NCBI GenBank assembly: GCA_016188265.1 | Contig: JACPID010000021.1 | Location: 15,051 to 79,050, forward strand | Direction of reading: 5' to 3' | Source of the DNA: Candidatus Woesearchaeota archaeon | GTDB lineage: Archaea > Nanobdellota > Nanobdellia > Woesearchaeales > ARS49 | DNA: 64,000 bases | Part shown: positions 19,246 to 28,529 of the stretch, piece after piece | How the letters are laid out: each line of letters opens with the position of its first letter | Numbering within the stretch: the stretch's first letter is position 1 | Position numbers and translations under genes: made by a program | Notes under the pieces: generated by a model | Database searches by the model: none | What the model was told of the DNA's origin: nothing | The model's input: only the letters and a program-made list of their open reading frames with translations

Positions 19246-19970
19246 ATTTCCATTCCTGCTTTTTGATAATACATGTCATCTAGTATTTCTGCTTCTGTTT
19301 TTTCATCTTCACTAACATCAGTTATTCCTTTTGCTTTTGCAGTGTTTTTAGCTAAACGGTGTGCTTTGTGCAATGGTTCTGGCAGTTTGTGTGGTTGAAT
19401 AACTATTTTTTTAATGATTTCTGCTGCTGTTTCTGCACTTATTTTTGTTCCTGGAGAAACATATAAAGGATTTGCATATTCTTTTGTTTTAACAGCAATG
19501 CCTACACATTGATTATCTAAAATTATTTTTCCTTCTTTTTCTTCACCAACTAAAAGGCTCTTTGCAACCCCTATTGATGGTTTTTCCAGTTCAACACCTA
19601 AAAAAGTAGCTAATCCGCAAGATAATGGATGCGCAATTCCATGACCATTGACCATTATTATATCTGGTTCTTCTTCTAGTTCATAGTATAATTGTAATAA
19701 AACAGGGCCTTCTCTAAAAGCCCTGTACCCTGGAATATAATTCATTGGAAGATCTGCTACTATTGTTTTTCTTTCCAAAACTTTTAATGTTTTTGCATCT
19801 AATACAACACTAGCTCCAACTATTTTATTGTCAAAAAAAGCAACATCAAAACCAGCTATTTTTTTAATCTCATCTTTATTAAAATCATCTTCTAATTTTA
19901 CTTCTTGAGCTACTGCCCTCATAATTGAACGCAGTTTTCTAGTATCAACATTCATAACACAAATCCTCAA
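19242..19970 (-). CDS. nfi: endonuclease V
   Basis: GFDVAF, YIPGYRAFREGP, GHGIAHPLSCGLATFLGV and PSIGVAKS match the EndoV motifs. Confidence 0.75.
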   Translation of the reverse strand: MRICVMNVDTRKLRSIMRAVAQEVKLEDDFNKDEIKKIAGFDVAFFDNKIVGASVVLDAKTLKVLERKTIVADLPMNYIPGYRAFREGPVLLQLYYELEEEPDIIMVNGHGIAHPLSCGLATFLGVELEKPSIGVAKSLLVGEEKEGKIILDNQCVGIAVKTKEYANPLYVSPGTKISAETAAEIIKKIVIQPHKLPEPLHKAHRLAKNTAKAKGITDVSEDEKTEAEILDDMYYQKAGMEI

Positions 19971-20053
19971 TCGACCTTTTTACACAGAATAATATGTATA
20001 GGTTATTTATAAATGTTTCTGTATTCTTATCACTCTTCAGTGACTACGTATTT

Positions 20054-20187
20054 GAAACGTGAGATACTTGCACTGTGGCGGCAATATTCGCGCCTTGCAG
20101 GAAATACTTGGTCACAGCAGTCTGCTCACGACAGACATCTACCTGAACTATTCAGGGCAACGAGTCATTGAGGACTTCCAACGTGTG
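20054..20187 (+). pseudogene. tyrosine recombinase/integrase C-terminal fragment (about 45 aa), GC-rich
   Basis: ETVRYLHCGGNIRALQEILGHSSLLTTDIYLNYSGQRV aligns to the XerC/D-type tail (LRH..A..LLE.G..IRVIQELLGHS.L.TTQIYTHV) including the catalytic Tyr. There is no upstream ORF. Local GC is visibly higher than the flanks. Confidence 0.45.
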
Positions 20188-20213
20188 TTTCTTTTTTCTT
20201 TGTTTTTTTGTGT

Positions 20214-22625
20214 TTATGATCTTATTTTCTTTTCTTCATCTGCTACTACCAGCATTGTCTTTATTACTACATCAGGGTTTACTGAAATACTATCTATGCC
20301 ACAATGCACCAAAAATTGTGCAAATTCAGGATAGTCGCTAGGAGCTTGACCGCAAATTCCTATCTTTTTTTTATGCTTTCTTGCTACTTCAATTACGTGC
20401 CTAACCATCCATTTAACTGCAGGATTTCTTTCGTCAAATAAATGTGAAACTAATGCACTGTCTCTATCAACTCCAAGAGTCATTTGTGTTAAGTCATTGC
20501 TTCCAATACTGAACCCATCAAATAGTTTACAAAATTCTTCTGCAAGTATAACATTGCTTGGAATTTCGCACATTACATAAACTTCAAGACTGTTTTTTCC
20601 TTGTTTTAAACCATTTTCAGACATTGCTTGCAGAACCTTTTTTCCTTCTTCAACTGTTCTGCACATTGGAATCATTATTTTAATATTAGTAAGTCCAAAT
20701 TCATCTCTTGCTTTTTTCAAAGCTTTACATTCAAGTTCAAATCCTTCTCTATAATTAGTATAATATCTTGATGCTCCCCGCCAGCCAAGCATAGGGTTTT
20801 CTTCTTTAGGCTCAAATGATTTGCCGCCGATAAGGTTTGCATATTCATTGCTTTTGAAATCAGACAGCCTCACAATAACGTCATTAGGATAAAAAGCAGC
20901 TGCAATCATTCCAATACCCATTGCAAGTTTATCTACAAAAAATGCTTTCTTATTTTCATAGCCAGCTGTAAGAGAATTGATTTGTTGTTTTACTGCACTA
21001 TCTTTTAATTGTTTGTAATAAATCAAAGCCATTGGGTGTATTTTTATGTATTCATTTATTATAAATTCTTCACGCGCTAAACCAACACCTTGCACAGGAA
21101 GAAATGATTTTTCAAATGCTTCATCAGGATTGCCTAGATTAATCATTATTTTTGTTTTTGTTTTAGGCAATTCTATTAAATGAGTTTTGTTAACAGCATA
21201 GTTTAGCAAGCCATTATAAACAACACCTTGCTCTCCTTCAGCACAACTAACAGTTATTTTTTGCCCCTGCTTTATTTTTTCAGTTGCACTATTTGTTCCT
21301 ACAATGCAAGGAATGCCAAGTTCTCTTGACACTATGGCCGCATGGCTTGAACGTCCTCCTTTATTTGTAATAATTGCAGCTGCCTGCTTCATTATTACAA
21401 CCCAATCAGGATCAGTCATTTCTGTAACAAGCACTTGTCCTGGTTTGAATTTTTCTATGTCCGTTACATGCTTGATGACATTAGCCACGCCTCTGCCTAT
21501 TTTATTTCCAACTGAATTTCCTGTTACTATTATTCTTCCTTTTTGTTTTAACACATATTCTTCAAAAACTGTAATATCTTTTCTGCTCTGCACAGTCTCA
21601 GGCCTTGCTTGAACAATAAATAACTGGTTAAGTTCTCCATCTTTAGCCCACTCAATATCCATGGGTGAATAGCTTCCTTTTTTCTTTGAATAATGATCTT
21701 CAATCATAACACCCCATTTTGTAAGTGTTAAAACTTCTTCATCTGTTAAGCAGAACTTTTTTTGTTCATCAACAGAAACTGCAACATTTTTTGTAAAAGC
21801 GCTTGTTCCTCCAAAACTGTAAACCATTCTTACACTTTTACTGCCTAATTTTTTTGATATTATTGGTTTGTACCCATTTTTTAGTGTTGGTTTGAAAACA
21901 TACCATTCATCTGGATTAACTGCTCCTTGAACAACATTTTCCCCAAGACCATAACTTCCATTTATTAGTACTGCATTTCTAAATCCTGTTTCTGTATCAA
22001 TCGTAAACATTACACCTGCAGATGCCATATCAGATCTTACCATTTTTTGCACGCCAATACTCAAGTAAACATTTTCATGCAAAAAACCATGTTCTTCTCT
22101 ATAAACAATTGCTCTATCTGTAAATAAAGAAGCAAAGCACCGCTTGCAAGCATCTAGTAAATCATGATCTCCTTTTATGTTAAGAAAAGTTTCTTGCTGC
22201 CCGGCAAAACTAGCTTCTGGAATATCCTCTAATGTTGCAGAACTTCTTACAGCTACATCTGTTTCTTTAGACTTATAGCATTTACTTAATTCTTCATATG
22301 CTAGAACAATTTCTTTTTTTAGTTCTAGAGGAAATTCTGCATGAAGAATTAATTCTCTTGCTTTTTTACCTCTTTCAACAACATTTTTCACATCTCTTAT
22401 GTTTAATCCACTAAGCGCTTTTTTTATTTTTTCAACTAAATAATTTTTTTCTAGAAATATCTTATAAGCATATGCTGTTACAGCAAAACCATTAGGAATT
22501 CTAATGCCTTTTTTAGAAAGATTTTGATACATCTCGCCAAGAGACGCATTTTTTCCACCAACTAAAGGAACATCCTCTATTCCTAATTCTTTAAACCATA
22601 ATATAAACTGATGATCTTTTCTCAC
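20214..22625 (-). CDS. ppsA: phosphoenolpyruvate synthase
   Basis: 803 aa. The N-terminus WFKELGIEDVPLVGGKNASLGEMY and a central His-swivel region match PpsA. Confidence 0.85.
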   Translation of the reverse strand: MRKDHQFILWFKELGIEDVPLVGGKNASLGEMYQNLSKKGIRIPNGFAVTAYAYKIFLEKNYLVEKIKKALSGLNIRDVKNVVERGKKARELILHAEFPLELKKEIVLAYEELSKCYKSKETDVAVRSSATLEDIPEASFAGQQETFLNIKGDHDLLDACKRCFASLFTDRAIVYREEHGFLHENVYLSIGVQKMVRSDMASAGVMFTIDTETGFRNAVLINGSYGLGENVVQGAVNPDEWYVFKPTLKNGYKPIISKKLGSKSVRMVYSFGGTSAFTKNVAVSVDEQKKFCLTDEEVLTLTKWGVMIEDHYSKKKGSYSPMDIEWAKDGELNQLFIVQARPETVQSRKDITVFEEYVLKQKGRIIVTGNSVGNKIGRGVANVIKHVTDIEKFKPGQVLVTEMTDPDWVVIMKQAAAIITNKGGRSSHAAIVSRELGIPCIVGTNSATEKIKQGQKITVSCAEGEQGVVYNGLLNYAVNKTHLIELPKTKTKIMINLGNPDEAFEKSFLPVQGVGLAREEFIINEYIKIHPMALIYYKQLKDSAVKQQINSLTAGYENKKAFFVDKLAMGIGMIAAAFYPNDVIVRLSDFKSNEYANLIGGKSFEPKEENPMLGWRGASRYYTNYREGFELECKALKKARDEFGLTNIKIMIPMCRTVEEGKKVLQAMSENGLKQGKNSLEVYVMCEIPSNVILAEEFCKLFDGFSIGSNDLTQMTLGVDRDSALVSHLFDERNPAVKWMVRHVIEVARKHKKKIGICGQAPSDYPEFAQFLVHCGIDSISVNPDVVIKTMLVVADEEKKIRS

Positions 22626-22772
22626 TAATACACCCCTTTTAATGACTTTAATAGCATAAGGGGTTTATTAAGTTTACCTCAACTTTTGCTAAAGTATATA
22701 AAACCAAAAGTATAGGTATCATAAAATATTTAAATTAATCATTTCTTCTAAAAACTATTAAATTATTTATAC

Positions 22773-23408
22773 ATGGACAAAGAACAGCTTGTTGATTATT
22801 GGAAAAAGAGCGGAACAATAACTAATAAAGAAGTTTTAAATGCATTTCTGTCTGTTAAAAGAGAAAATTTTGTACTAGAAGAATATGCAGAAGATGTTTA
22901 TGAAGATGTGCCTTTGCTTATTCATGAAGCCCAAACAATTTCTCAACCAACAACTGTTGCCATCATGCTTCAAGCACTTGAAGTAAAAAAAGGAATGAAA
23001 ATATTAGAAATAGGAACTGGCAGTGGTTATAATGCTGCGCTTCTCGGAAAACTAGCGGGGAGTAAAGGCAGTGTTATAACAATTGAAATTCATGAATCAC
23101 TTGTTGAGTTTGCCAAAGAAAATCTAAAAAAAGAAAAAATAACTAATGTTTGTGTTATTAAATCAGATGGCAGTGAAGGTTATTCTGAAGAATCACCTTA
23201 TGATAGAATTATTTGCACTGCAGCTGCTCCAAAAATACCTGAAGCATTAATTAAGCAATTAAAAGTTGAAGGCATTCTTATTATTCCAGTAGGCCCTTTG
23301 TCTGGCCAGCACATGCTTAAATTAACAAAAACAAAAAAAGGCTTGGAGCAGGAAGAGATTGGTGATTTTATTTTTGTCCCTTTAACTGGAAAGTTTGGAT
23401 TTGATTAA
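22773..23408 (+). CDS. pcm: protein-L-isoaspartate O-methyltransferase
   Basis: TISQPTTVAIMLQAL and the SAM motif ILEIGTGSGYNAALL. Confidence 0.85.
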   Translation: MDKEQLVDYWKKSGTITNKEVLNAFLSVKRENFVLEEYAEDVYEDVPLLIHEAQTISQPTTVAIMLQALEVKKGMKILEIGTGSGYNAALLGKLAGSKGSVITIEIHESLVEFAKENLKKEKITNVCVIKSDGSEGYSEESPYDRIICTAAAPKIPEALIKQLKVEGILIIPVGPLSGQHMLKLTKTKKGLEQEEIGDFIFVPLTGKFGFD

Positions 23409-23527
23409 TTCGTCAATGCAAATTCAGGAACCAAATACTCCATTTCCAGATGTGTGAGAATTTCCCTTGTAACAGAGTCTTTAATTAAAGTAGCAATCAG
23501 AATATTAGTATCTAATACGAGTTTCAT
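23405..23527 (-). pseudogene. truncated VapC/PIN toxin (40 codons) overlapping the upstream antitoxin stop (ATGA) and the pcm stop
   Basis: It translates as [40 protein letters not shown], a canonical PIN N-terminus (xVLDTNxLI) that ends after 40 aa. Confidence 0.5.
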
Positions 23528-23745
23528 CCAAAGTATCTCTTGTGCAGTCCTGATTTAATTTTGCGGCCGATTTCTTCAGCATCTTTTTTTGTAAGTTTGC
23601 TTTCAGACACGAGCTTTTCCATAAGTTCAAGCTTTCGAGCGTGTTCCCACATTGCTCTCCTAGCTATCTCACTCCATTTTATTTCAACGTGTTGCTTCAT
23701 AATTTCATGCAATTCTTCTGGAACTGCTAATGTCATGTTTACCAT
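23524..23745 (-). CDS. antitoxin-like small protein (paralogue of 17948..18178)
   Basis: Shared N-terminal signature with the MazF-linked antitoxin. Its stop overlaps the start of the VapC remnant. Confidence 0.45.
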   Translation of the reverse strand: MVNMTLAVPEELHEIMKQHVEIKWSEIARRAMWEHARKLELMEKLVSESKLTKKDAEEIGRKIKSGLHKRYFG

Positions 23746-23877
23746 TCTGATACCTCCAATACATTTTAAGTAGAATAAGTAGAATTACTTAATAAAGCTT
23801 TCGCAAGGTTGTCCTAGAAGCTGTCATTGGAGTGCACCCTTTTCGAATTGAGCGATAAGCTAGAGGCATTCGAGCGA

Positions 23878-24513
23878 TTACTTTTCTATGATACGTTTTA
23901 CTTCTTCAAAATAATTCTTACGATTTCCAACGCTTACAACAGGTAATTTATGCTTTTTTGCTTCTCTTTTTATGTAATTGTTAAATGCTATAACCCATTC
24001 AACTTCTTTTTCCTTTACCTTGTTAGGATATTTACTTGGTTCATCCCATAATCCTCTTGTAAAAATCGTTTTTCTAATTCTAGTAATATCTTCATCTACA
24101 AGAAAAACTGCTTTTATGTTCTTATTCTTTTTCACTAGACTCAGAATAAACTTAGGTAAAATTGCAACTCCCTCTACAATAAATGATTGCCAAACATAAT
24201 CTGTTTCAACAAGAGCTTTAACTCCTTTCCAAACATCTTCACTTTCTTTGTTCTGATGTTTTACAATCTCTTCAGCAGTATTATGAGTTAAGAATTCAAC
24301 TGCCATTTCAGGTTTGGCTTCAGCATGTTGAAATAATGCGGAATAATCTTCTTTCCTAACTAATTCTCTCATTTGCTCTCTAATTGTATCAGTAGAAATC
24401 CAAGGCAATCTAAGTCGTTCTGCAAGTCTTCTTGCAGTCCAGCTTTTACCAGCAGTTGGAGAACCTCCAATTAAAATTATTCTTCCCATAACACACTTTC
24501 TCTGGCAATGCAT
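23878..24513 (-). CDS. P-loop kinase-like NTPase (AAA_33 / 2-phosphoglycerate-kinase-like)
   Basis: Walker A motif ILIGGSPTAGKSWTARRLA. The likely start is the Met at about 24490. Confidence 0.5.
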   Translation of the reverse strand: MHCQRKCVMGRIILIGGSPTAGKSWTARRLAERLRLPWISTDTIREQMRELVRKEDYSALFQHAEAKPEMAVEFLTHNTAEEIVKHQNKESEDVWKGVKALVETDYVWQSFIVEGVAILPKFILSLVKKNKNIKAVFLVDEDITRIRKTIFTRGLWDEPSKYPNKVKEKEVEWVIAFNNYIKREAKKHKLPVVSVGNRKNYFEEVKRIIEK

Positions 24514-24812
24514 TTATTTTCTAAGCAGATTGATTCATACTTTTCTTTGTCAGGCAAAGGACATGATTTAATAGAAACAATGTTGTAAAGCCATTTTGTA
24601 TACTTAACTTTTCTTAACCAAGCACTTTCATAATCTCTGCTTATTGATAATATTTCAGGACAGGCATCTGCACTTTCAACAACAGCACAATCAGCATCAA
24701 CACTGCAATAGCTCGCATCGTCAACATTAAGAAATAAAGAATAAGTTACAAAGCCAACATAACCAATAAATCCAAGCAGCAACAATCCAAATAATGTTAA
24801 GAAGGTATTCAT
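24477..24812 (-). CDS. small secreted/membrane Cys-containing hypothetical protein
   Basis: N-terminal TM segment or signal peptide and 6 Cys. Confidence 0.3.
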   Translation of the reverse strand: MNTFLTLFGLLLLGFIGYVGFVTYSLFLNVDDASYCSVDADCAVVESADACPEILSISRDYESAWLRKVKYTKWLYNIVSIKSCPLPDKEKYESICLENKCIARESVLWEE

Positions 24813-24850
24813 AACATTATTTTCTGCTTACTAATATTAATATGTTTTGT

Positions 24851-25762
24851 TCACAACAAATCATGCGCATTAATTGTATTTAAGTAAGGTTCTAATAATT
24901 CTTCATGTTTAGCAAGTATTAATAGTTTTTCTTGTTTGCATTCTTGTTCTGTTACTCTGGCGAATTTGTCAGCTTCAATTAATCCATAAGGGTAGCCTGG
25001 AAAAGAAATATCCTTTGCATGATGCACGAGAACACTTAATAATTCTTCACTTAATTTATTGCAGTCAATTCTGAAAACATATTTTGAGTGCTTGTTTAGC
25101 TTTACAAAATTAGTTATTGTATTTGTTTTATAAACCCAAATTGGAAGTTTTGTAATTTTCTGAAGCGCAACAGTGCATGGAGTTCCTGTATTTGTTGTTA
25201 ATGTACATGTTTTTGCAAGCCCTGCAATAACTGTGTTTTTTTCTTCAGCAAATTTGTATAATAAATCAAAAATATTTTTTTCAAAATCTTGTTCAGAAAT
25301 CAAGTCACCATCACGTATTACAATTCCTCTGCTTAAATAAGCGTGCATTGCTTCAATTTCTAATTGTTTTCTTAACTTTAATGCAATTGCTTGAGGACTG
25401 CATGATTCTTCAGGAAAAAATCTTTCTTGATTTAATTCCAGAATTTTTATATTAAAGCCTTTATTTTTTGTTATTAGTACTGTAAAAGTTCTTAAATTTC
25501 TATTTAATCTTTTAACTCCTTCATAATTTATAGCTGCTATTTTTATTTTTTGTACAGTAAAGTTTGCAGCTCCAATTATTTCTCCATTTCCACCGTCAAT
25601 AAAAGTGGTTGGTGGCTGGCAGCCAGTGGGTTGCAGTAAACCAAAATTATTTTTATCTAATTTTACATTTTGAAGTATTTCAGATCCTAAATCATTTGAA
25701 TTTATTGATTTAATTATGTCTTGATAGTTATTCATACTGATCTTTTCCATCTTCATATCCAC
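24851..25762 (-). CDS. hypothetical protein (possible NurA-like nuclease fold; listed start is GTG)
   Basis: FIDGGNGEIIGAANF weakly resembles the NurA IDGS motif. It overlaps a small upstream Zn-ribbon ORF. Confidence 0.3.
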   Translation of the reverse strand: MDMKMEKISMNNYQDIIKSINSNDLGSEILQNVKLDKNNFGLLQPTGCQPPTTFIDGGNGEIIGAANFTVQKIKIAAINYEGVKRLNRNLRTFTVLITKNKGFNIKILELNQERFFPEESCSPQAIALKLRKQLEIEAMHAYLSRGIVIRDGDLISEQDFEKNIFDLLYKFAEEKNTVIAGLAKTCTLTTNTGTPCTVALQKITKLPIWVYKTNTITNFVKLNKHSKYVFRIDCNKLSEELLSVLVHHAKDISFPGYPYGLIEADKFARVTEQECKQEKLLILAKHEELLEPYLNTINAHDLL

Positions 25763-25871
25763 AGTCTAAACAAATTAAGAATATTTGCCCACAGTCTTCA
25801 GCCAAATCCACATGACCTGACCTGCACCTAGGACACTTATGTTTTGCATTATTTTCAGCTTCATGAACCAT
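25731..25871 (-). CDS. unannotated 46-aa zinc-ribbon protein
   Basis: MVHEAENNAKHKCPRCRSGHVDLAEDCGQIFLICLDCGYEDGKDQYE has two CxxC pairs. It is below the ORF-track cutoff. Confidence 0.3.
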
Positions 25872-27096
25872 TATAGTTTTTTATTAATTTAAACTTGCCT
25901 TTTAAATATTTGTCATTTTTGCAGTGTTTAAAAACTTCCAAAGGAGTGCATTGAGCACGTTTAATCAGCGCATATAGCCTCTTATTTTTTTCAAAAACTT
26001 TTTTATGCGAAGCTTTAAATTTTTTAACGTGCTCAGGCAAGTTTAGAGGAGGCCCTTGCAGAATTTTCTCTGCAGACAGTTTTTTCTTTTTTAATTTATA
26101 CCAGAAAACTGCATTTTTTTCTTTATCCCAATGCCAATTTGAATCAAGAATTTTAAAATCAGTTAAGTTTTTTTCAAAGAATTCAAATGCTTTTAATAAT
26201 TTTGTTCCAACAGGATCCTCTTTACCTTCAACAGGAATTGCTTGAAGCACTAAAATATTTTTTTGCTTTTTTAATTCTTTGGCTGAAATTTTTTTCTCAA
26301 TAAAAAAATCTTTTGAAGGTTTTTTAAGAAATTTTTTTGCAGCGCTGATAAACTGGCCATATTTTTCTTGAGATATTGCTGCTGCAGCATTGCGATCTGG
26401 CTGTAAAGGATCAACAACAATCAAAGGCCCTTCTATTTTTGATTTGTTAAGTATAAGCTCTGCTTGTTTTGTTTTATACACTTTATTTGGATCAATTGTG
26501 GTTTTTGGCTTCCATTTTGTAGCTTGTTTCAAAAGATTAAGAAACCCTTTGTAATAAATTGTAAGTATATCTACAACATGTCCTGAAAAACCTCTTATGT
26601 AGCTTTCTGCACCATACAAGCTTTGTGCTTTCATAAATTTCTTAGTTAAACGAATATCATCTTTGAATTTTCTTCCTTTTTTATTAACCCATCTAACGTG
26701 CAGAGGTGAAAAATCAGTTACGTTGTGGGCATCTGCTGGTTTTTTAATGTCAAGAACTGGAACAATTTCAAAATAAAAAGTGTTTTTAATTAAAAAATAA
26801 TCTCTACTGCCGTGAACACGAATTGGCTTCCAAGGTTTAAGAACAGATTCTAAAATATTGCTTAAAGATTCATGAGCTAATGCTAGAGAGAACTTAACAA
26901 AAATATCTACATCATAATCTCCTTCAAGCCAGGTATTTTTAGCATAACTACCCCCAAAAACTGCTGTTGCTTTAACACCTGCACTTTTCAAAGCTTGATT
27001 TAGTTGATCTAAGAACTTATTTGCTTCAGGAATAATAGGTGATTTTGGAGTTATTTCTTTTACAACATCTTTTAGTAATAATTTAACATTCATCAA
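25861..27096 (-). CDS. cca: CCA-adding tRNA nucleotidyltransferase (archaeal class I)
   Basis: FGGSYAKNTWLEGDYDVDIFV is the Pol-beta-like NTase motif. The ~411-aa size is typical of archaeal CCA enzymes. Confidence 0.7.
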   Translation of the reverse strand: MMNVKLLLKDVVKEITPKSPIIPEANKFLDQLNQALKSAGVKATAVFGGSYAKNTWLEGDYDVDIFVKFSLALAHESLSNILESVLKPWKPIRVHGSRDYFLIKNTFYFEIVPVLDIKKPADAHNVTDFSPLHVRWVNKKGRKFKDDIRLTKKFMKAQSLYGAESYIRGFSGHVVDILTIYYKGFLNLLKQATKWKPKTTIDPNKVYKTKQAELILNKSKIEGPLIVVDPLQPDRNAAAAISQEKYGQFISAAKKFLKKPSKDFFIEKKISAKELKKQKNILVLQAIPVEGKEDPVGTKLLKAFEFFEKNLTDFKILDSNWHWDKEKNAVFWYKLKKKKLSAEKILQGPPLNLPEHVKKFKASHKKVFEKNKRLYALIKRAQCTPLEVFKHCKNDKYLKGKFKLIKNYNGS

Positions 27097-27135
27097 TGGT
27101 TTTTAGATGCAGGAGATTAAAAATGTTTACCTAAT

Positions 27136-27316
27136 TCTAGTTGAGGACATAAATAAAGCATTATAATTTAGCCTCAACTATAATGCCAGACATAAATAAT
27201 TATACAAATTGTTATGCCTGGCAAATATACTAAATGACAATTTTGTATAAATAATTATGTCATTTACTATAGATTGAAAAAGACAAACTATTTTATGTGC
27301 TACTTTTGTCTTTTTC
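27136..27316 (-). repeat. Modular intergenic repeat R1, copy B (long form, reverse-complement orientation)
   Basis: The reverse complement reads hairpin1 + a ~90-bp middle module + hairpin2. It sits between the stop of 27320 ORF and the start of cca. Confidence 0.7.
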
Positions 27317-27319
27317 TAT

Positions 27320-27655
27320 TCACACAGTTATAACAATCTTATTTTTACTTTCAGGAGTTATAGTTACTTCTTTTCCTTTCTTTAAATTGATAAATTCTAT
27401 AAGCTTTTTAGGCAGACGAATATCTAATGTTTTTCCAGCTTGTCCTACTTTTGTACGCGCTTGTAAACCCCACAATCCTTTTTGTTTTGCAAGTTCAGTT
27501 ATCTTTTTAGACGTTTCTTCGCTAAAGAAAGATTCTTTGCATTTTTCACAAACTCGCGCAGGAAACTTTCCTATAAATACACCATAAAGCGAATACTCTA
27601 CAAATTTCTTTACTAACTTTGTTCTGCATTCCCAACACAAATCTTCATCTTTCAT
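27320..27655 (-). CDS. zinc-ribbon + AbrB/SpoVT-like domain protein (antitoxin-like)
   Basis: CWEC...CEKC four-Cys N-terminus and a C-terminal swapped-hairpin-like region GKTLDIRLPKKLIEFINLKKGKEVTI. Confidence 0.4.
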   Translation of the reverse strand: MKDEDLCWECRTKLVKKFVEYSLYGVFIGKFPARVCEKCKESFFSEETSKKITELAKQKGLWGLQARTKVGQAGKTLDIRLPKKLIEFINLKKGKEVTITPESKNKIVITV

Positions 27656-27668
27656 AGTTTCACCGCCA

Positions 27669-27869
27669 TTATTTATTCATGAATACTGTTTTTATTCTAT
27701 AAATATCTGCTTTCTTTTTATATGCCACACTGAAATAGGTATATGCTGCAAGATAGCCTTCTGTTTGTCTTGAAATTGCTCCTCGGGTTATTGCCAACTT
27801 AATCTGTTCTTCGTTTATTCCTTCCAAATCCATTTTTTCTTTAGCATGCATGCTAATTTGTAGTTTCAT
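27669..27869 (-). CDS. DUF4258-family toxin-like protein
   Basis: MKLQISMHAKEKMDLEGINEEQIKLAI matches the DUF4258 N-terminus (MKI.FT.HA..RM.ERGI.EEEV). Confidence 0.45.
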   Translation of the reverse strand: MKLQISMHAKEKMDLEGINEEQIKLAITRGAISRQTEGYLAAYTYFSVAYKKKADIYRIKTVFMNK

Positions 27870-27996
27870 TTATATAATCAGTAATTACTGGTAATAACTA
27901 ATATATAAACTTAATTATACTGCTAGTTGTGTAGAGACTGACTGCCCGCATTAACATTAGTTACAGTTTTTAGTTCTTTAAAGTCTGCCTGCACAA

Positions 27997-28419
27997 ATGT
28001 TTGCAGCAAAATTAATATACTTTTATATACAGACTACTTACATGAAGAGTATCTTCCTTGATACAAGCTTTTTAGTTCATTGCGCTGAATGGAAATTAGA
28101 TTTTATCAGTGAAGTTGAAAGATTAATCTACGATAAATACCAGTTTATTATTGTTTCTCCTGTTTATGATGAGCTGGCATTATTAGAGCACAGTAGAGGA
28201 AGAACAAAATTTCATGCAAAGCTTGCTCATGCAATTCTAAAAACACTCACTTTACAAATCATTAAATCAAACAAAAAAAGCGCAGATGAAGCAATCATAG
28301 AAAGTGCGGAAAAAAATGATCTTGTTGCCACTCATGATGCTGAGCTTAAAAGAAAGTTAAAAAAAAAAGGTGTTGAGTGTTTAGTTATTAGGCAAAAGAA
28401 GTATTTGATCATAATTTAG
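27997..28419 (+). CDS. PIN-domain nuclease (VapC-like; probable start at Met 28042)
   Basis: MKSIFLDTSFLV...SPVYDEL...THDAEL carries the PIN acidic residues. No obvious antitoxin lies upstream. Confidence 0.5.
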   Translation: MFAAKLIYFYIQTTYMKSIFLDTSFLVHCAEWKLDFISEVERLIYDKYQFIIVSPVYDELALLEHSRGRTKFHAKLAHAILKTLTLQIIKSNKKSADEAIIESAEKNDLVATHDAELKRKLKKKGVECLVIRQKKYLIII

Positions 28420-28529
28420 AAAGAAAAATTCATTATATAACAAACGCACTATATTTTCGTAATTTTTGTGTTTGTTATATTCGCTGAACTTAACTATTTT
28501 TATACAATTATTAAGTTCGGAGTCTATAG

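Noticed and set aside
18241-27316. The 9-kb segment between inverted R1 copies A and B as a mobile or invertible element
   Set aside because: Its content is core metabolism (ppsA, pcm, nfi, cca) with no transposase or intact integrase. The inverted repeats more likely reflect independent intergenic insertions.
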